From Eledone cirrhosa (taxonomy: Eukaryota), in assembly GCA_964016885.1 (NCBI GenBank), contig OZ024760.1, positions 15,004,001 to 15,068,000 of the forward strand: a stretch of DNA of 64,000 nt, in the 5' to 3' direction. A program made the translations under genes and the position numbers. Positions 15,952 to 31,851 of this stretch are shown here, piece by piece (position 1 is the stretch's first letter; each line of letters begins with the position of its first letter). Under the pieces are notes generated by a model. That model was not told the DNA's origin, did no database searches, and was given only the letters and a program-made list of their open reading frames with translations.

Positions 15952-15974
15952 TATATATATATATATGTATATAC

Positions 15975-16017
<43 letters not shown>

Positions 16018-17151
16018 ATGTATTTATATATATATAAATGGAAGTTTAGTAAAATCGAAGCTTCGGCCAACGAGATACAATGAGGAATGTGCAGCTCAGC
16101 ACTCCATGGGGAATCTCAGAGTAATAACATCCGCTAGACGGCATGACAAATTGAAAACTGTGGCAGGCCAACCCAGCCACGACACCGAAGCCATTTAAAG
16201 CTATTTATGTAACTATATTTACCAATGTATTTATCTATGAAGAAGGACAACGACAATAACAACAAGAAAACTCGAATCCCAATAGCAGCCCTAAGATAGA
16301 TATATCTATATATAGATATATAGATATATAGCTATATAGATATATAGCTATATAGATATATAGCTATATATATCTATATAGCTATATAGGTATATAGCTA
16401 TATAGATATATAGATACATAGATATATAGAAATAAAGATGTATAGATATATAGATATATACATGCATAGATATATAGATGTATAGATATATAGATATATA
16501 GATACATAGATATATAGAAATAAAAATATATAGATATATAGATATATAGATATATAGATATATAGATATATAGATATATACCTACATAGATATATAGATA
16601 TATACATAATTAGATACATAGATATACAGATATATACCTACATAGATATATAGATATATACATAATTAGATATATAGATATATACATACATAGATATAGA
16701 GATATATACATACATAGATATAGAGATATATACATACATAGATATAGAGATATAGAGATAGAATAAAATCTTTCTAATTTAGCAATGAACATTATCTTTG
16801 ATAATGATTGAAGTATATTTTGACGGAAATTGTGTTAATTGATTTAAAACAGTGTAAAATAAAACACAGTAATGGACGGATTTATAAGCAGGGAAAATCA
16901 AAGAAAATCATAGAAAACTGGGAGTTTATATCCGTAGTAAGTAGAGTACTCAGTCCAGAAGACGAGTTTGGTATACAGTTAGTTCTATAAAGAAATTAGT
17001 AAAACATATTCGAGGATGCGCGTTTCACCGAAACGGATTTTCATCCCGTTTCAACCCCTCTATGGCGGCCATACATGGGTTTAAAATCCGCTCGGTGAAA
17101 CGTATTTCCTGGAGTATGGCTTGCTAATTTGTTGTGGAACCAACACACACA

Positions 17152-17248
<97 letters not shown>

Positions 17249-17432
17249 AGAAAGTGTCAGGAGCTTTTTAATATTGTCACACTCTACTATCCCAAGTATT
17301 GAGTACTCACCTGAATGGTGGTTTAATGCTGCTGTATATATATATATATATATAAATGTATGTAAACACACTTACACAGGCCGTATATATATATAGAATA
17401 TATATTATCTATCTATATATATATATATGTAA

Positions 17433-17487
<55 letters not shown>

Positions 17488-17641
17488 TAATATATGTTAT
17501 ATATATATACCCATATATATATAGAGATATATATACCCATATATATATATATATAAATATATATATATAGTATGTGTGTGTTAGTGTTCGTGTAATTCCA
17601 TGTATGAGTATATATATGTGTGGTGGTGGTGGGGGAACGTT

Positions 17642-17677
<36 letters not shown>

Positions 17678-17895
17678 CCCAAAAAACAAGATGGCGGAAG
17701 TGATATTACCCTCTTCCGCTATAAATGAACGCCAGGAATGAGTGTCTTAGCGAATCATTAATTTCACAATAAAGGCCTGTAACTCCTTTGAGCTTTATCG
17801 TTACAGCCGACATTTTATGGACAATAAATAACTATTAGAACGGCAATTGGTTTCAAATGCTTGCATGTGTGAGCCAACCGTTTATATATATATTT

Positions 17896-17972
<77 letters not shown>

Positions 17973-18113
17973 TATATATTCATATATATATATATTTATC
18001 TATATAAATATATATATATATACATATATGTATATACATATATGTATATGTATGTATGAATGAAAGGGGCCTGGGTACTAATATAGGCGCACATGTACCC
18101 AATACAGATGGGC

Positions 18114-18202
<89 letters not shown>

Positions 18203-18441
18203 CACACATATATATGTATGATACATATATAAAATATAAAATATATATAATATATAAATAAATATATATATATATAATATATATATATATATGTATGTAT
18301 GTATGTATGTTTAACAAATTTGGTTTTATCTAGTAACTAATATTCACACACAAACACGTGCATTTACGATTCTATACATTATTCTTTCACTGACGTAATG
18401 GCATAGCTATACACACAATTATATATACACATATACTTACG

Positions 18442-18575
<134 letters not shown>

Positions 18576-18577
18576 TT

Positions 18578-18639
<62 letters not shown>

Positions 18640-18863
18640 GATATATACATACATACACACATATATACAAACGTACATATATATATATAGATATATATGT
18701 TGATACATCAATATTTCGGTTAAGATTGCCCCTCTTTATTTACGAGCTATAACCAAAGGTAATAAGGAAGCGTGTACGTATTGTCTCAGATGGATGCACG
18801 CCTCCATCAGTGTATCATAATGGACACATTTGTTTCCATTTTATCGTCCTAAAAGACCCTCTC

Positions 18864-18917
<54 letters not shown>

Positions 18918-19004
18918 GTATGAATAGACAAGCGTACTGATACACTTATTTACACGTGCACAAACAACGCTCAACGGATATATGTTCATGTATTCTATGT
19001 ATAC

Positions 19005-19078
<74 letters not shown>

Positions 19079-19079
19079 A

Positions 19080-19153
<74 letters not shown>

Positions 19154-19173
19154 TATATATATATATATGTGTG

Positions 19174-19236
<63 letters not shown>

Positions 19237-19258
19237 ATGTATGTGTATGTATATGTAC

Positions 19259-19331
<73 letters not shown>

Positions 19332-20470
19332 GTACTTAAACACACGTTTACACGTGCATAAATATCTTTGAAAGAACACGTGTGAATGCGTATATATTTG
19401 TATGGATATATACACCTATACATATACATTTATATGTATACACTGAACTTATCTCTCCTTTGCAGATATGTGTACATACAACATCTCTCTATTTATATAT
19501 GCATAACTATTTTTCGATCTATAAATCTTCCTATCTACACACATATACACACAGCCACATACATACATACGTTTATAAAAGTACGTGTCTATGTGTGTGT
19601 TTGTATGTGTGTATGTAAATCTGTGTATTTGTGTATGTATATGATTGTGTGTATGTGCTTGAGTGTTATTTTTCTACAACTTATTTCGTTTTTCCCTTTT
19701 TCGTTTGTCTTCCTTTTTCTCCTCTGTCCAATACACTTCCCTCGGCCTCCTGTTTACCTTTTCGATGTAAGAATACCGTCTGAAACATCAAGGCTTTTTT
19801 ATTACCTCTTTTAAGCGTTGAACTAATATACTATTCCTCTGATGGTCTTGTTTTCATCAGTCTATTATATATATATACTATATATATTCTGTTAGAATCG
19901 TCAACTTCGCAAAACCTTGGGTAATGGTATAATTATATTCCATGTTTTGATGGTGGTGCTGGTGGTGCTGGTGGTAGTGGTGGTGGTGATGGTGGTGGTG
20001 GTGGTGGTGCTGGTAGTGGTGGTGGTGGTGGTGCTGGGGGGGGGGGGTTAGAAGGAATACGACAAAGGTAGACTCGGCTCTAATGATGCTAATAATAGAT
20101 AATATTATTGTTGACAGTTCTTGAGCCTCTCTTAAATTTCTGACAATTCCTCACCCTCCTCCTCCTCCTCCTCCTCCTCTTCCTTCTCCTCCTCCACCAC
20201 CTCCACACACCACCACCTCCACCACCACCACCTCTACTTCTGAGACTAAGACAATGTTTAAAGATAAAGCAATGAGGACTGAGATAAAACAACAAACAAT
20301 ACTGGCATTTAAGGTTCGGAGATAGTTGGGAAGACACCACACACATATACACACATACACACACAGTCACACACACACACATATATACACACACATGCAC
20401 ACAGACAAACACACACATACACACACACATATATATATATATGTATATATATATATACATATATATATAT

Positions 20471-20641
<171 letters not shown>

Positions 20642-20680
20642 CAGGCTACTGAATCTGCCTAAATAAAGTAAATATATGTT

Positions 20681-20717
<37 letters not shown>

Positions 20718-20776
20718 GAATATATATAATAATATATATACATAATAGTGTGTATATATATATATATATATATACA

Positions 20777-20839
<63 letters not shown>

Positions 20840-20863
20840 GCATATATATATATATACACACAC

Positions 20864-20899
<36 letters not shown>

Positions 20900-20924
20900 G
20901 TGTGTATGTATGTATGTATGTATA

Positions 20925-21013
<89 letters not shown>

Positions 21014-21127
21014 TATTATATGAAGTGTGAATATGCAGAAGACGAAAGATGGAGGAATTGATAAGGTGAGAGAGCACAAAATATACAGAGAATGATAAGG
21101 GAGGGAAAAAGATATATATACATACAT

Positions 21128-21228
<101 letters not shown>

Positions 21229-21262
21229 TATATATACATACATACATATATATACATTTATT

Positions 21263-21318
<56 letters not shown>

Positions 21319-21394
21319 CACATACATACATGCATATATATGTGTGTGTATATACATACATACATACATACATACATACATACATACATACATG

Positions 21395-21426
<32 letters not shown>

Positions 21427-21736
21427 TACACACACGCACATACATAGTACATACAGACAGATAGACAGACAGACAGACATAAAGTAGTGAAGAACAAATG
21501 ATATGTTAGATAAACACAGAGGAAAAAAAAAGGAATATTCTAAAGACAACTTTTGTTACTGTTTTCCTTGTTTGTTTAAGTATTTATTATTTCTCTAAAA
21601 CCAATGTTTTCTGCATCAGATAACTTCATCGGGCATCAAAAAAACAATTGTGATTTATTTTAACAGTTTGTACTAAACTAAACCTAATACTACATCAAAC
21701 AAATCTGGCTTGTTCTTTTATTTAACTCTTCTGTTA

Positions 21737-22571
21737 CTTGGCGTGGCAATAAAGTCTTTAGAATAGTAAGTTGTGTGCCAGAGCCTCGTTTCAGGGGGGT
21801 AGCAGGGGACAAGGACAAGGCCCCACCACTTTTTCAGGAACGGGGCAAAAACTATCTTTTGTTTTTTGTTTATTTGATATAATAAATTCTTTTTAAGCTT
21901 ATTTTTTATATCTGAACTTTATTTGAATATATAGAATTTAATTAGCGTAGAATGTTACTTATGTGATAGGGTCCAAGAAAGACACCATAAGCAATTTATG
22001 CTCCTTTAAGAATCAACAAATGTTGGTTTGTCCCCCTCACATTTTTAAGGCAAACGAGGCCCCTGCCGTATATAGCAGTAAATGTAGTTAATATTAGTAG
22101 AAATTTGAACTTTGTTGTACGCCTGTGATATTCTGTATGAATGCTGTATTTTGTCACAGGCCAAGACATAATTATTTTGCTGTCATTCTTGTGAGTTTAT
22201 AATACACGCATCAAACTGCTCAATCCACAAAAGATGTTTTTTTTCTCCGGGGGAGAAAAGTGGCAATGATCAAACAATCACCCTATAGTCCCAATTTAAA
22301 TTTGTGCAATCGTTGGGTGTTCAAGTTATTAAAGCAACATCTTTGAAAATTTGTTTTCGCTTCATTAGAAGAGGTGGCAGATGAATCGTTGTGCTGGTTT
22401 CAACAATTGCCGAAGGAACGGTTCCAGAAAGAGTTAAATACTTTGTACAAGTACTGTAAAGATGTTGCATTCAATGGAGATTGTGTTTTGTAGAATAAAT
22501 AAATTCTAGTTTCATTATGTTGTACATTTTCATTTAAAGGGTTATTCTAAAGACTTTATTGCCACCCCAAG
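21737..22571 (+). mobile_element. Internally deleted mariner element
   Basis: TA TSDs and ~29-bp TIRs (CTTGGCGTGGCAATAAAGTCTTTAGAATA). Decayed transposase C-terminus QSPYSPNLNLCNRWVFKLLK (compare PPYSPDLAPCD) at about 22270-22490. Confidence 0.85.
21779..22065. mobile_element. MITE nested in the mariner element
   Basis: Imperfect TIRs CAGAGCCTCGTTT / AAACGAGGCCCCTG; no clear TSD. Confidence 0.55.
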
Positions 22572-22959
22572 TATTTTATTAATGCTTCAGTTAATGGACA
22601 GTGGCCATACTGGGGCACAGCCATCGAGGGTTTTGTAGTTGAATATGATGGTCCTAATATTTATTTCAGTCTAGTACATAATTTATCGATCTATGTTTAT
22701 CGAATGGTGAAGTTTTTTGTCTTTTGATAGTGGAAAGGAAGGTTGAGATTTCGTTATCATTGAATTTAAAGGATTATATATGCAGGTTGAACCTTGTTTT
22801 GAAGTTGTTTGTTGTATGTCCTGTGAAATTCTTCGGGTTAACATCAGTTATGATAATAAAAGTTGTTAATTAGATCTCGGCCTTGGAAAGACAGAGACCT
22901 CTGTGCTCAGGTGTATTTATTTCGACAATTGCAGTTGATTGCCTTAGTGAAGCATGGGT

Positions 22960-23062
<103 letters not shown>

Positions 23063-23633
23063 CTGTTCTAACATGGAATATCGGAAATAATGTTCTCTAG
23101 GCAAGAATAACTAACTTTAACATTATGCTCATTTAAAAGTTTGTGGTATTTATATGTGCTTAAAAAATGTAGCTTCGGTAAGGATAGAGAACGAATTTTG
23201 GCTATGTACACCGGGGTGATGATAGGGATGATGGTGGTGATGGTGTGGTGATGATGGTGAGAGCATGACGGCGGTCGTCATCGTTACCATGGTACTGTGG
23301 TTGCTGGTGGTGTTGATGTTGGTGTTAGTGGTGGTGGTCGTGGTGGTGTTGGCTATGTTAACCGAGGTTTCTAAGATAAATGGGGGATTGAAACAAGTTA
23401 GTCCTCATCATCAGCACCACAGTAACATCAACAACCACTACCACTAACACCACCACCACCACCACCACTACTGTCAATAACATCATCTCATTACCTCCTT
23501 CGACAATTTCAGTTCGATAATTTTTAACTTTACGTGTGAGAAAACGTTTGTAGTGTGTGGTTGGACGAGAGGGTGCGTGGGCGTGGGTGTATTAGCATAA
23601 TATATGTATGCATGTGTATGTATGCATATATTT

Positions 23634-23692
<59 letters not shown>

Positions 23693-24308
23693 TTATATAT
23701 GTATGTATATTTGCATACATACACATTTATATATATATGTATGTATATAAGCCTGTATGTATGTATAAATGTATGTATATATGTACGAATGTGTGCATGT
23801 ATGTATGTATGTGTGTGTGTATGTATGTATGTTTATGTGTGTTAATGCGTGTTTGTATGTACGTGTTATGTGCATGTGTACGGAAATTAAGTTTTTGGCA
23901 GAAAACAGTGGAGAAAGGTGTGTACATTATGGGGGGGGGACTATGAGGGGGGCTGGCAGAGGGCTGGAGATGGTGTGGTGGTGTTGGTGGTAGTGTTAAT
24001 GGTGGTGTTGGTGGTGGTGGTGATGGTGGCGGGGGGAGTCAGTGACACTGGTGTCTTGTATTAGTTTATTAAGTGGTGAGGGAAAGGTGAGGAGGTGTTA
24101 TGTGTTAGTGACGCCATGTTAGCTATTTCTAAGATATCTCTTTCACACCTTCCGCATTAAGATTTTACACTCGTCTCCCCATCTCTCTACTCGCTCTGTC
24201 TCTCTCCCTCACACTCCCTCTCTTACTCTCTCTCTCTATCCTATCTATCTATGTACATATATATATCTATAGCTATCTATCTATCTGTGGCTAATAAAGA
24301 AACATATC

Positions 24309-24367
<59 letters not shown>

Positions 24368-25015
24368 GTGTGTATATATATATCATGTCTCTTTCTCTCT
24401 CTCTCTTTCTCCCCCTCCCTCATTCTCTCTCTGTTTCTTTCTCTCTCTGAAACTCACATGTATTCGCATTCACGCTAACACGCACACACGCGCGTGCACT
24501 GCACAAAATGCTTTCACACACGCACATATATCTACATTCAAACACACCCACATACATATAAAAAAATGTACACACACACACACGCAGACACACACACACA
24601 CACGCACACACACACACGCACACACACACACCATCACATACAACCCGCACACACACACACACACTCACACACACACACCATCACATGCCACCCGTCCGTC
24701 ATTTGGGCTACCTTTACACACGGACGTGATTACCAACCAAAAGATGGACACAATTGCCCCTGCTCCCCCAAGTGAACAATGGTGGTGGTGATGGTGGTGG
24801 TGTGGGGTGATGTGGTGGTGACGGCAGCATGTGGTGGGGTCAGAGGGATAGGGGACTAGGATGATAGGGAAGAAGCTTTGTAGAGAGGGGCGGTGACGCC
24901 CTCACCTCCCGCCAAACACCTCTTCACAATAACGAGGCGTTCATCCTTTGCCGCGTCTTTCACCTCATCCGTATATAGTACTATTACTACTACTACTACT
25001 GCTACTACAACAACA

Positions 25016-25057
<42 letters not shown>

Positions 25058-25158
25058 GCTGCTATTGTTACTACCACTACTACTACTACATCTACTGCTA
25101 CTTCTACTACTACTACTACTGCTACTACTACTTCTACTATTACTACTACTACTACTAG

Positions 25159-25204
<46 letters not shown>

Positions 25205-25679
25205 GTGTGACGGACGACCCTGTGCCCTGTCTACTCTAGCTTATACCAACACAACCACCAGTACCACCACCAGTACCACCAGTACCACCACCACCACCAG
25301 CACAACCACCAGTACCACCACCACTACCACCACTACCACCACTACCACCACCACTACCAACTGACCTGACCCTGTGTTACGTGAGTCGTTTAACACCCAA
25401 TTCAATTAATTGTAAACAAGAACTCTTCAACTTTTCAAGTCGACTTCCTGTTTGGCGGCCATCTTGCTTAGAATTGCAGCCATCTTTCTACTTCCGGTCT
25501 TTTGGACACATTTTTCTATCTTTTGCCTCCGTTATTGTGTCTACTAAATACACAACAGCAACAACAACAACAACAGCAGCAACAACAATAACAGCAATTA
25601 TAATTACAAGAGCAACGATAGCAATTAAAATAATGGCAATAGCAACAACAACAACAACAACAACAACAACAGCAATTAT

Positions 25680-26170
25680 TACATTTCATTTATTAGCCAC
25701 AAGGGCCGACATGTAGGGGACAATACAAAGACAGGGACAGTGGGTGGGGGGGGGGTTGCAATAAGGTCGAGTAAAAATGCACAATAACAAAACCAATTTA
25801 ACAATGAAAAAATATAAAAATTAAATATATATAAAAATAACAAAATAAATTTCCCAATTGGGGTGGGGGTGGGGTGAACTACCCAGGGGCGACTCAGATA
25901 CACCACTAATCCTGAACCACCCGACGCTTCGAGGGTACCCGGGAAGGGCATCCCTCTCCTCTGCAAATTAACCAGCCTACAGGCGCTGGGTCAGAGTAGG
26001 CCCATTCACACGGGTCATTCTCGCCACAGTCACCCAGCTTTTAGTAAATGTACTGCGGGGGGGGGGGGGCAACACTTCTCTCTCCACCCTCACCTTCATT
26101 TCCAAGTGAAACTTGAAAAAGTTGATGAGGGATTGGCCTAAGAGAAATGTGTCTGTCTTCAGTCCTTTCA
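25680..26170 (-). mobile_element. Tx1/L1-like LINE 3' remnant
   Basis: Minus ORF LINFFKFHLEMKVRVERE...FTKSW resembles Tx1 ORF2 C-termini, followed by a 3' UTR with AATAAA. Confidence 0.55.
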
Positions 26171-26996
26171 ACCTAGTCTTGCAACTATAGCAACGAGTAT
26201 AACAACTACAATAACAGCAACAACAACAATAGTGACAGAAACAACAACAACAGCAACAACGCTAGCAATTATAACAACAACAACAGCAGCAGCAGCAATT
26301 ATTATAACTATAACAACACCAACAATACCACCACCACTAACAACAACAACGGCAGCAACAACAGCAAGGAATATAACAACGGGAGGAAACATATTAATAT
26401 CACTGATGATGTTACATGTGTGTGACGAAAGAACTCAGAGAAACTATATTTATATCTATATTTTTAACTGTTGGTCAATCAATGATTAACATTGATTGCC
26501 AGCTGAATTGATTATAGAAATATAAAATATACTGAAGAGAAAAGCAACCCAAACCAAACAGTGAGTGTGTTTTACTATATATTTCTGGCAATATTATAAC
26601 AATATGACCCTCCCCAAATATAACAATATAACAACTACAATAACAACTACTACTTTTGAGGAACATGAAATGTTAGGCAGGATTACAAGGAGAGGGTTAC
26701 TCGGAGAATCCAACAACCACCACCACTACCACAATCACCATTACCACCACCACTACCTCAACCACCACCACACCACTACCACCAGTACCACCACCACCAC
26801 CACCACCATCGCGAGCACCAGCCCTACCATCATCACCATAATCACCATCACAACTACCACCACCACCACCAAACCAACATTGTCATCTCGAGGGAGTTAC
26901 ATACATCTGTTCGTGATGTGACATAAATATGAGCCTCGATCTGGCTCTGTCTTGTCGCTTGGAGTTGTAAGGTGATTCTGTTGTGTTTGTTTGTTC

Positions 26997-27452
26997 GGTG
27001 GTGGTGGTGGTGGTGGTGGTGGTGGTGGTGGTGGTGATGGTGGTGGTGGTGGTGGTGATGGTGGTGATGGTGGTGGTGGTGGTGGTGGTGGTGGTGGTGG
27101 TGGTGGTGGTGGAGGTGGCGGTGGTGGTGCTGGTGATGGTGGTGGTGGTGGTGGTGGTGGTGGTGATGGTGGTGGTGGTGGTGGTGGTGGTGATGGTGGT
27201 GGTGGTGATGGTGATGGTAGTGGTGATGGTGGTAATTGTGGTGGTGATGGTGATGGTGGTGATAGTGGTGGTGGTAGTGGTGATGGTGGTGGTGGTGGTG
27301 GTGGTGGTGATGGTGGTGATGGTGGTGGTGGTGGTGGTGGTGGTGGTAGTGGTGATGGTGGTGGTGGTGGTGGTGATAGTTGTGATGGTGGTGGTGGTAG
27401 TGATGGTGGTGCTGATGTTGGTGGTTGTGATGGCGGTGGTGATGGCGGTGGT
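26997..27452. repeat. (GGT/GAT)n trinucleotide tract
   Basis: Direct observation. Confidence 0.95.
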
Positions 27453-27839
27453 GCAGGAGAGGGTGTCCTGTCGGTCTGTGATAGAGATTGTGGTAGAATA
27501 GTCCAATGTTGGTATGTATGGTGTTTTCCTGTGTGTTTAGCATCCTTCCGTTTGAATTAGTTAACACCCCTCACCACCACCCCTGCGTCACCCTACCACC
27601 GCCCCCACCTCCCCCCCAATCCCCCACACATACATTCAAATGCACGAGATCGATAAAATAAGTTGAATTTGATATGATCGACTTTCAGGCGCTCCCCGCT
27701 CCCTCACATCGATGTGGCTGCAGTAAAACGACTGAAACAAGTAATTAGCAATTGGTAAGATCCATGGAAACACTGTTTCCTCGGTCCGATTTGACGAAAG
27801 TCGATCGACTGACTATATTTATATATATATATATATATT

Positions 27840-27954
<115 letters not shown>

Positions 27955-28322
27955 GGGGGGGGGAGTAGATAGATAGATAGACATGTAGATAAAGTGGTGA
28001 GCTATAGTTCTCACGTGGTACTAATCCCAGTGTAAGCTCAACTGTTAATATTACATTAACTAATGTAATTATATAGATATTGCCATTGTAGATTTCATTT
28101 GATCTGATAAGCTTTTTACGTCGTGTTACATATGTCCACGGTGTAAACCACATCTTTCTTTCCTTGCTTTCTACCTTACATTGTTTTGTCTTCTTCTTTG
28201 CCTTCTTCTTGCATGCATGCATGCATACATATATGGATGTATATATATCTCTCTCTATATATATACGTTTGTGTCTACGTCTGTATGTTTGGTATATATG
28301 CATGTATATATATGCGTGTGGG

Positions 28323-28353
<31 letters not shown>

Positions 28354-28414
28354 CTGTGTGTGTGTATGTGAGAAGCCTGTGTGTAGTAAGTGTGGTGTAT
28401 GTGGTGGCGGTACG

Positions 28415-28503
<89 letters not shown>

Positions 28504-28740
28504 CATCTTCTATTGCAGTCCACAGAGTCTTAAGACAATGTTTGTATGTTTAGACAGAATATCTTTCGATAATTGCTTTCCTTTGATTATTCTGCAGCTC
28601 AAAGACTTTTATACATGAGAGGCGAGTGTGTGTGTAATGGGGATGTGGAGATGTCCATGCCTTTTCCCAAGGGACATAACTCATAAAATGGCTTTAATCA
28701 CAGACACCATATTGTCATAGAATCAATAATAGGGCGGTGG

Positions 28741-28810
<70 letters not shown>

Positions 28811-28860
28811 ATACATACATCTCCCTATCTCGCTCTGTCTCTCTTTATATATATACATAC

Positions 28861-28915
<55 letters not shown>

Positions 28916-28953
28916 TAAATATATTCACACAGACACATATACATTTAGATATA

Positions 28954-29070
<117 letters not shown>

Positions 29071-29149
29071 GGCGCGAAAAAATGACTTCTACAAGAGTAA
29101 AAACTGTTTCGTTCGTTTGAAATCATCAAGAACGTCCAGATGACTGCAA

Positions 29150-29830
29150 TCGAATAAAGTACCAGTCATGTACTGGGTTGATTTAATCAACTTTGCCCTC
29201 CTCCAAAATTGTTGACCTTGTGCCTATATAAGAAACCATTGTTACTAGGTGGATTGGTAGTATAATTGGAGAGTTGGACGCCATGCTTTGCAGCATAGAG
29301 TTACGGCCCTTTCCATTCTGAGTTCAAATCCCGCCGAGGTTAACTTTGCCTTTCATCCTTACGGGGTCGATAAAATAAAGTACCAGTAATGCACTGAGGG
29401 GTAATTGCTGGCCTTGTGCCAACAGTAGAAACAATTATTACTATTATATGGGATCGATAAAATAAAATACCAGTAACACACGGGTTCGATTTAATCGACT
29501 TTCCCCCAGTCTCCAAAAATTGCTGGTCTTGTACCAACACTAGAAACCATTGTGGATTGGCAGTATCGGTAGAGAGTCGGACGCCATGCTTTCCAGCATA
29601 GCTATGTCCCTTTACGGTCTGAGTTCAAATCCCGCCGAGGTTAACTTTGCCTTTCATCCTTACCGGGTCGATAAAATAAAGTACCAGTAATGTACTGGGT
29701 AATTGCTGGCCTTGTGCCAAAAGTAGAAACAATTATTACTAGGTGGATTAGCAATATTAGTAGAGGGTTGGATTTCCCCCCTCCCCCACAAATTACTGGT
29801 ATTGTACCAACACTATAAACAATTAGCACT
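29150..29830 (+). mobile_element. Head-to-tail cluster of about 4 SINE copies or fragments
   Basis: Repeated GAGTTCAAATCCCGCCGAGG, GTACCAG and TTGCTGGCCTTGTGCC modules. Confidence 0.8.
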
Positions 29831-31729
29831 AAACCTCTCCTAACTTCTATTATCTCTTTCTTTCTACAATGGGTTTGATAAATATTCGAAAACAAATCAC
29901 AACAGCTTGTACTTTCTTCTATTATATAAAGTTTGGGGGTTTTTTATATTCACATAAAAACACACACTCAAGTTTGGGGCGGAAATAAAAGCAAATGGCG
30001 TCTTTTTTGTTAGTGTTTGTTTATTAGCCTTCTTCAAGATATTCTTTTTTAAAGCCTTTACCACCACTTTTAGTACCAGCACCGCCACTATGTCCAATAT
30101 CAGCACCACCGCCACCACTTCTTGTACCCAGCACCATGGCCACCACCATATCTTGTACCAGCACCTTCACTGCCATCACATCTCGAACCCGGCATCACCA
30201 TCATCACCTCCACCAAAACATCTAGTACTCAGCATCACCAGTATCATCACCATCGCCAACACCATCATCACCACTGTTATATCGACACGGCGCTGGTTGT
30301 TGTTATTGTTGATGATGGTGACGATAGTGGCGGGCGGCGATACTGCCGGTAGTGATGGTGATGGTGGTGATGGTGGTGTTAATAGTAGTGTTGGTGATGG
30401 TGGCGATGGTGGTGGTGGTGGTAGTTCTGGTAATGGTGGTGATGGTGGTGTTAATAGTAGTGATGTTGGTGGCGATGGTAGTGCTGGTGATGGTGGCGAT
30501 GGTGGTGCTGGTACTGACGGAAGCCATTTTGGTTTGTTTTAATTGATATTATCATTACATTGATATCGTTTTCTTTTTGTTATTTTCGTTTTGTTTTACA
30601 TTTCTTAAGGTATACAGACACTCTGAGACTGTTGTAAGTGTCGGCCTGTATTGATGAAGCAAATAAATTTATTCAATAACATTATTATCGTATTTTCATG
30701 CATTAGCGTGAGTAATTTTACTAAACAAACTTCGGTTTTTGCCGGATCAATAAAAAAAATATAACACAAACAACAATCATAAGAATAAATATTAAGACTT
30801 TACTAAAGAATAAAAGCTTATTCCTTATTCTTTCCTGTTTGTTTGTTGGTGGTGTTTGGGGGGTTTGGGTGGGGTTTGGGGAGAAGTTTTTATCGTCTTT
30901 GAAATATAGATGTCGCCATCTCGTTTCTTTCGTTCGACGTTTATATAAATGGAGGACAACAACGAGAACAACGACATTTTCGCAACAACAACAACAACAC
31001 CATCATCATCATCTGCAAGACATCAACAACAGTAGCAACAACAAGAGCAATGTCAACAACAAAAACAACAACAGACATAGAAGAAGAAGAAGAAGAAGAA
31101 GAAGAAGAAGAAGAAGAAGAAGAAGAAGAAGAAACAACAACAAGCTGGCAAATATTAGAAATATCATTTCCTCTCGACATGGTTTTGGAAAGTGTTGTAA
31201 CAGTGACAAAAATATATATAATAATAAGCAGACGACACTAACAACAACAACAACAACAATAAACAAATAGACAGCCATTAGGCTATTTCGTCGAACATCT
31301 CAAGTGTTTGTTAGATCATGAAATTAATATGATTGCTTGTAATAGAAATCAAAACGAAAAACATGGAACGATGGAAAGATAGGCAGACAGAGACTGACAG
31401 AGAGGTAGATATATAGGTGGGTAGATAGATAGCTGGGTAGATATATAGGTGGGTAGATAGATAGGTAGATAGATAGGTAGGTGGGTAGATATATAGGTGG
31501 GTAGATAGATGGATGGGTAGATAGGTGGGTGGGTAGATATATAGATAGGTGGGTAGATAGATGGGTGTGTAGATAGGTGGGTAAATAGATAGGTGGGTAG
31601 ATAGATAGGTGGGTAGATAGATAGGTAGATATGTAGGTAGATAGATAGAGATAAAGATAGATATATACATAAAGAGACAGGCAGATATATAGAGACACAA
31701 GTATATATATATATATATATGTATCTATG

Positions 31730-31775
<46 letters not shown>

Positions 31776-31792
31776 TCTATGTATATACATAT

Positions 31793-31851
<59 letters not shown>

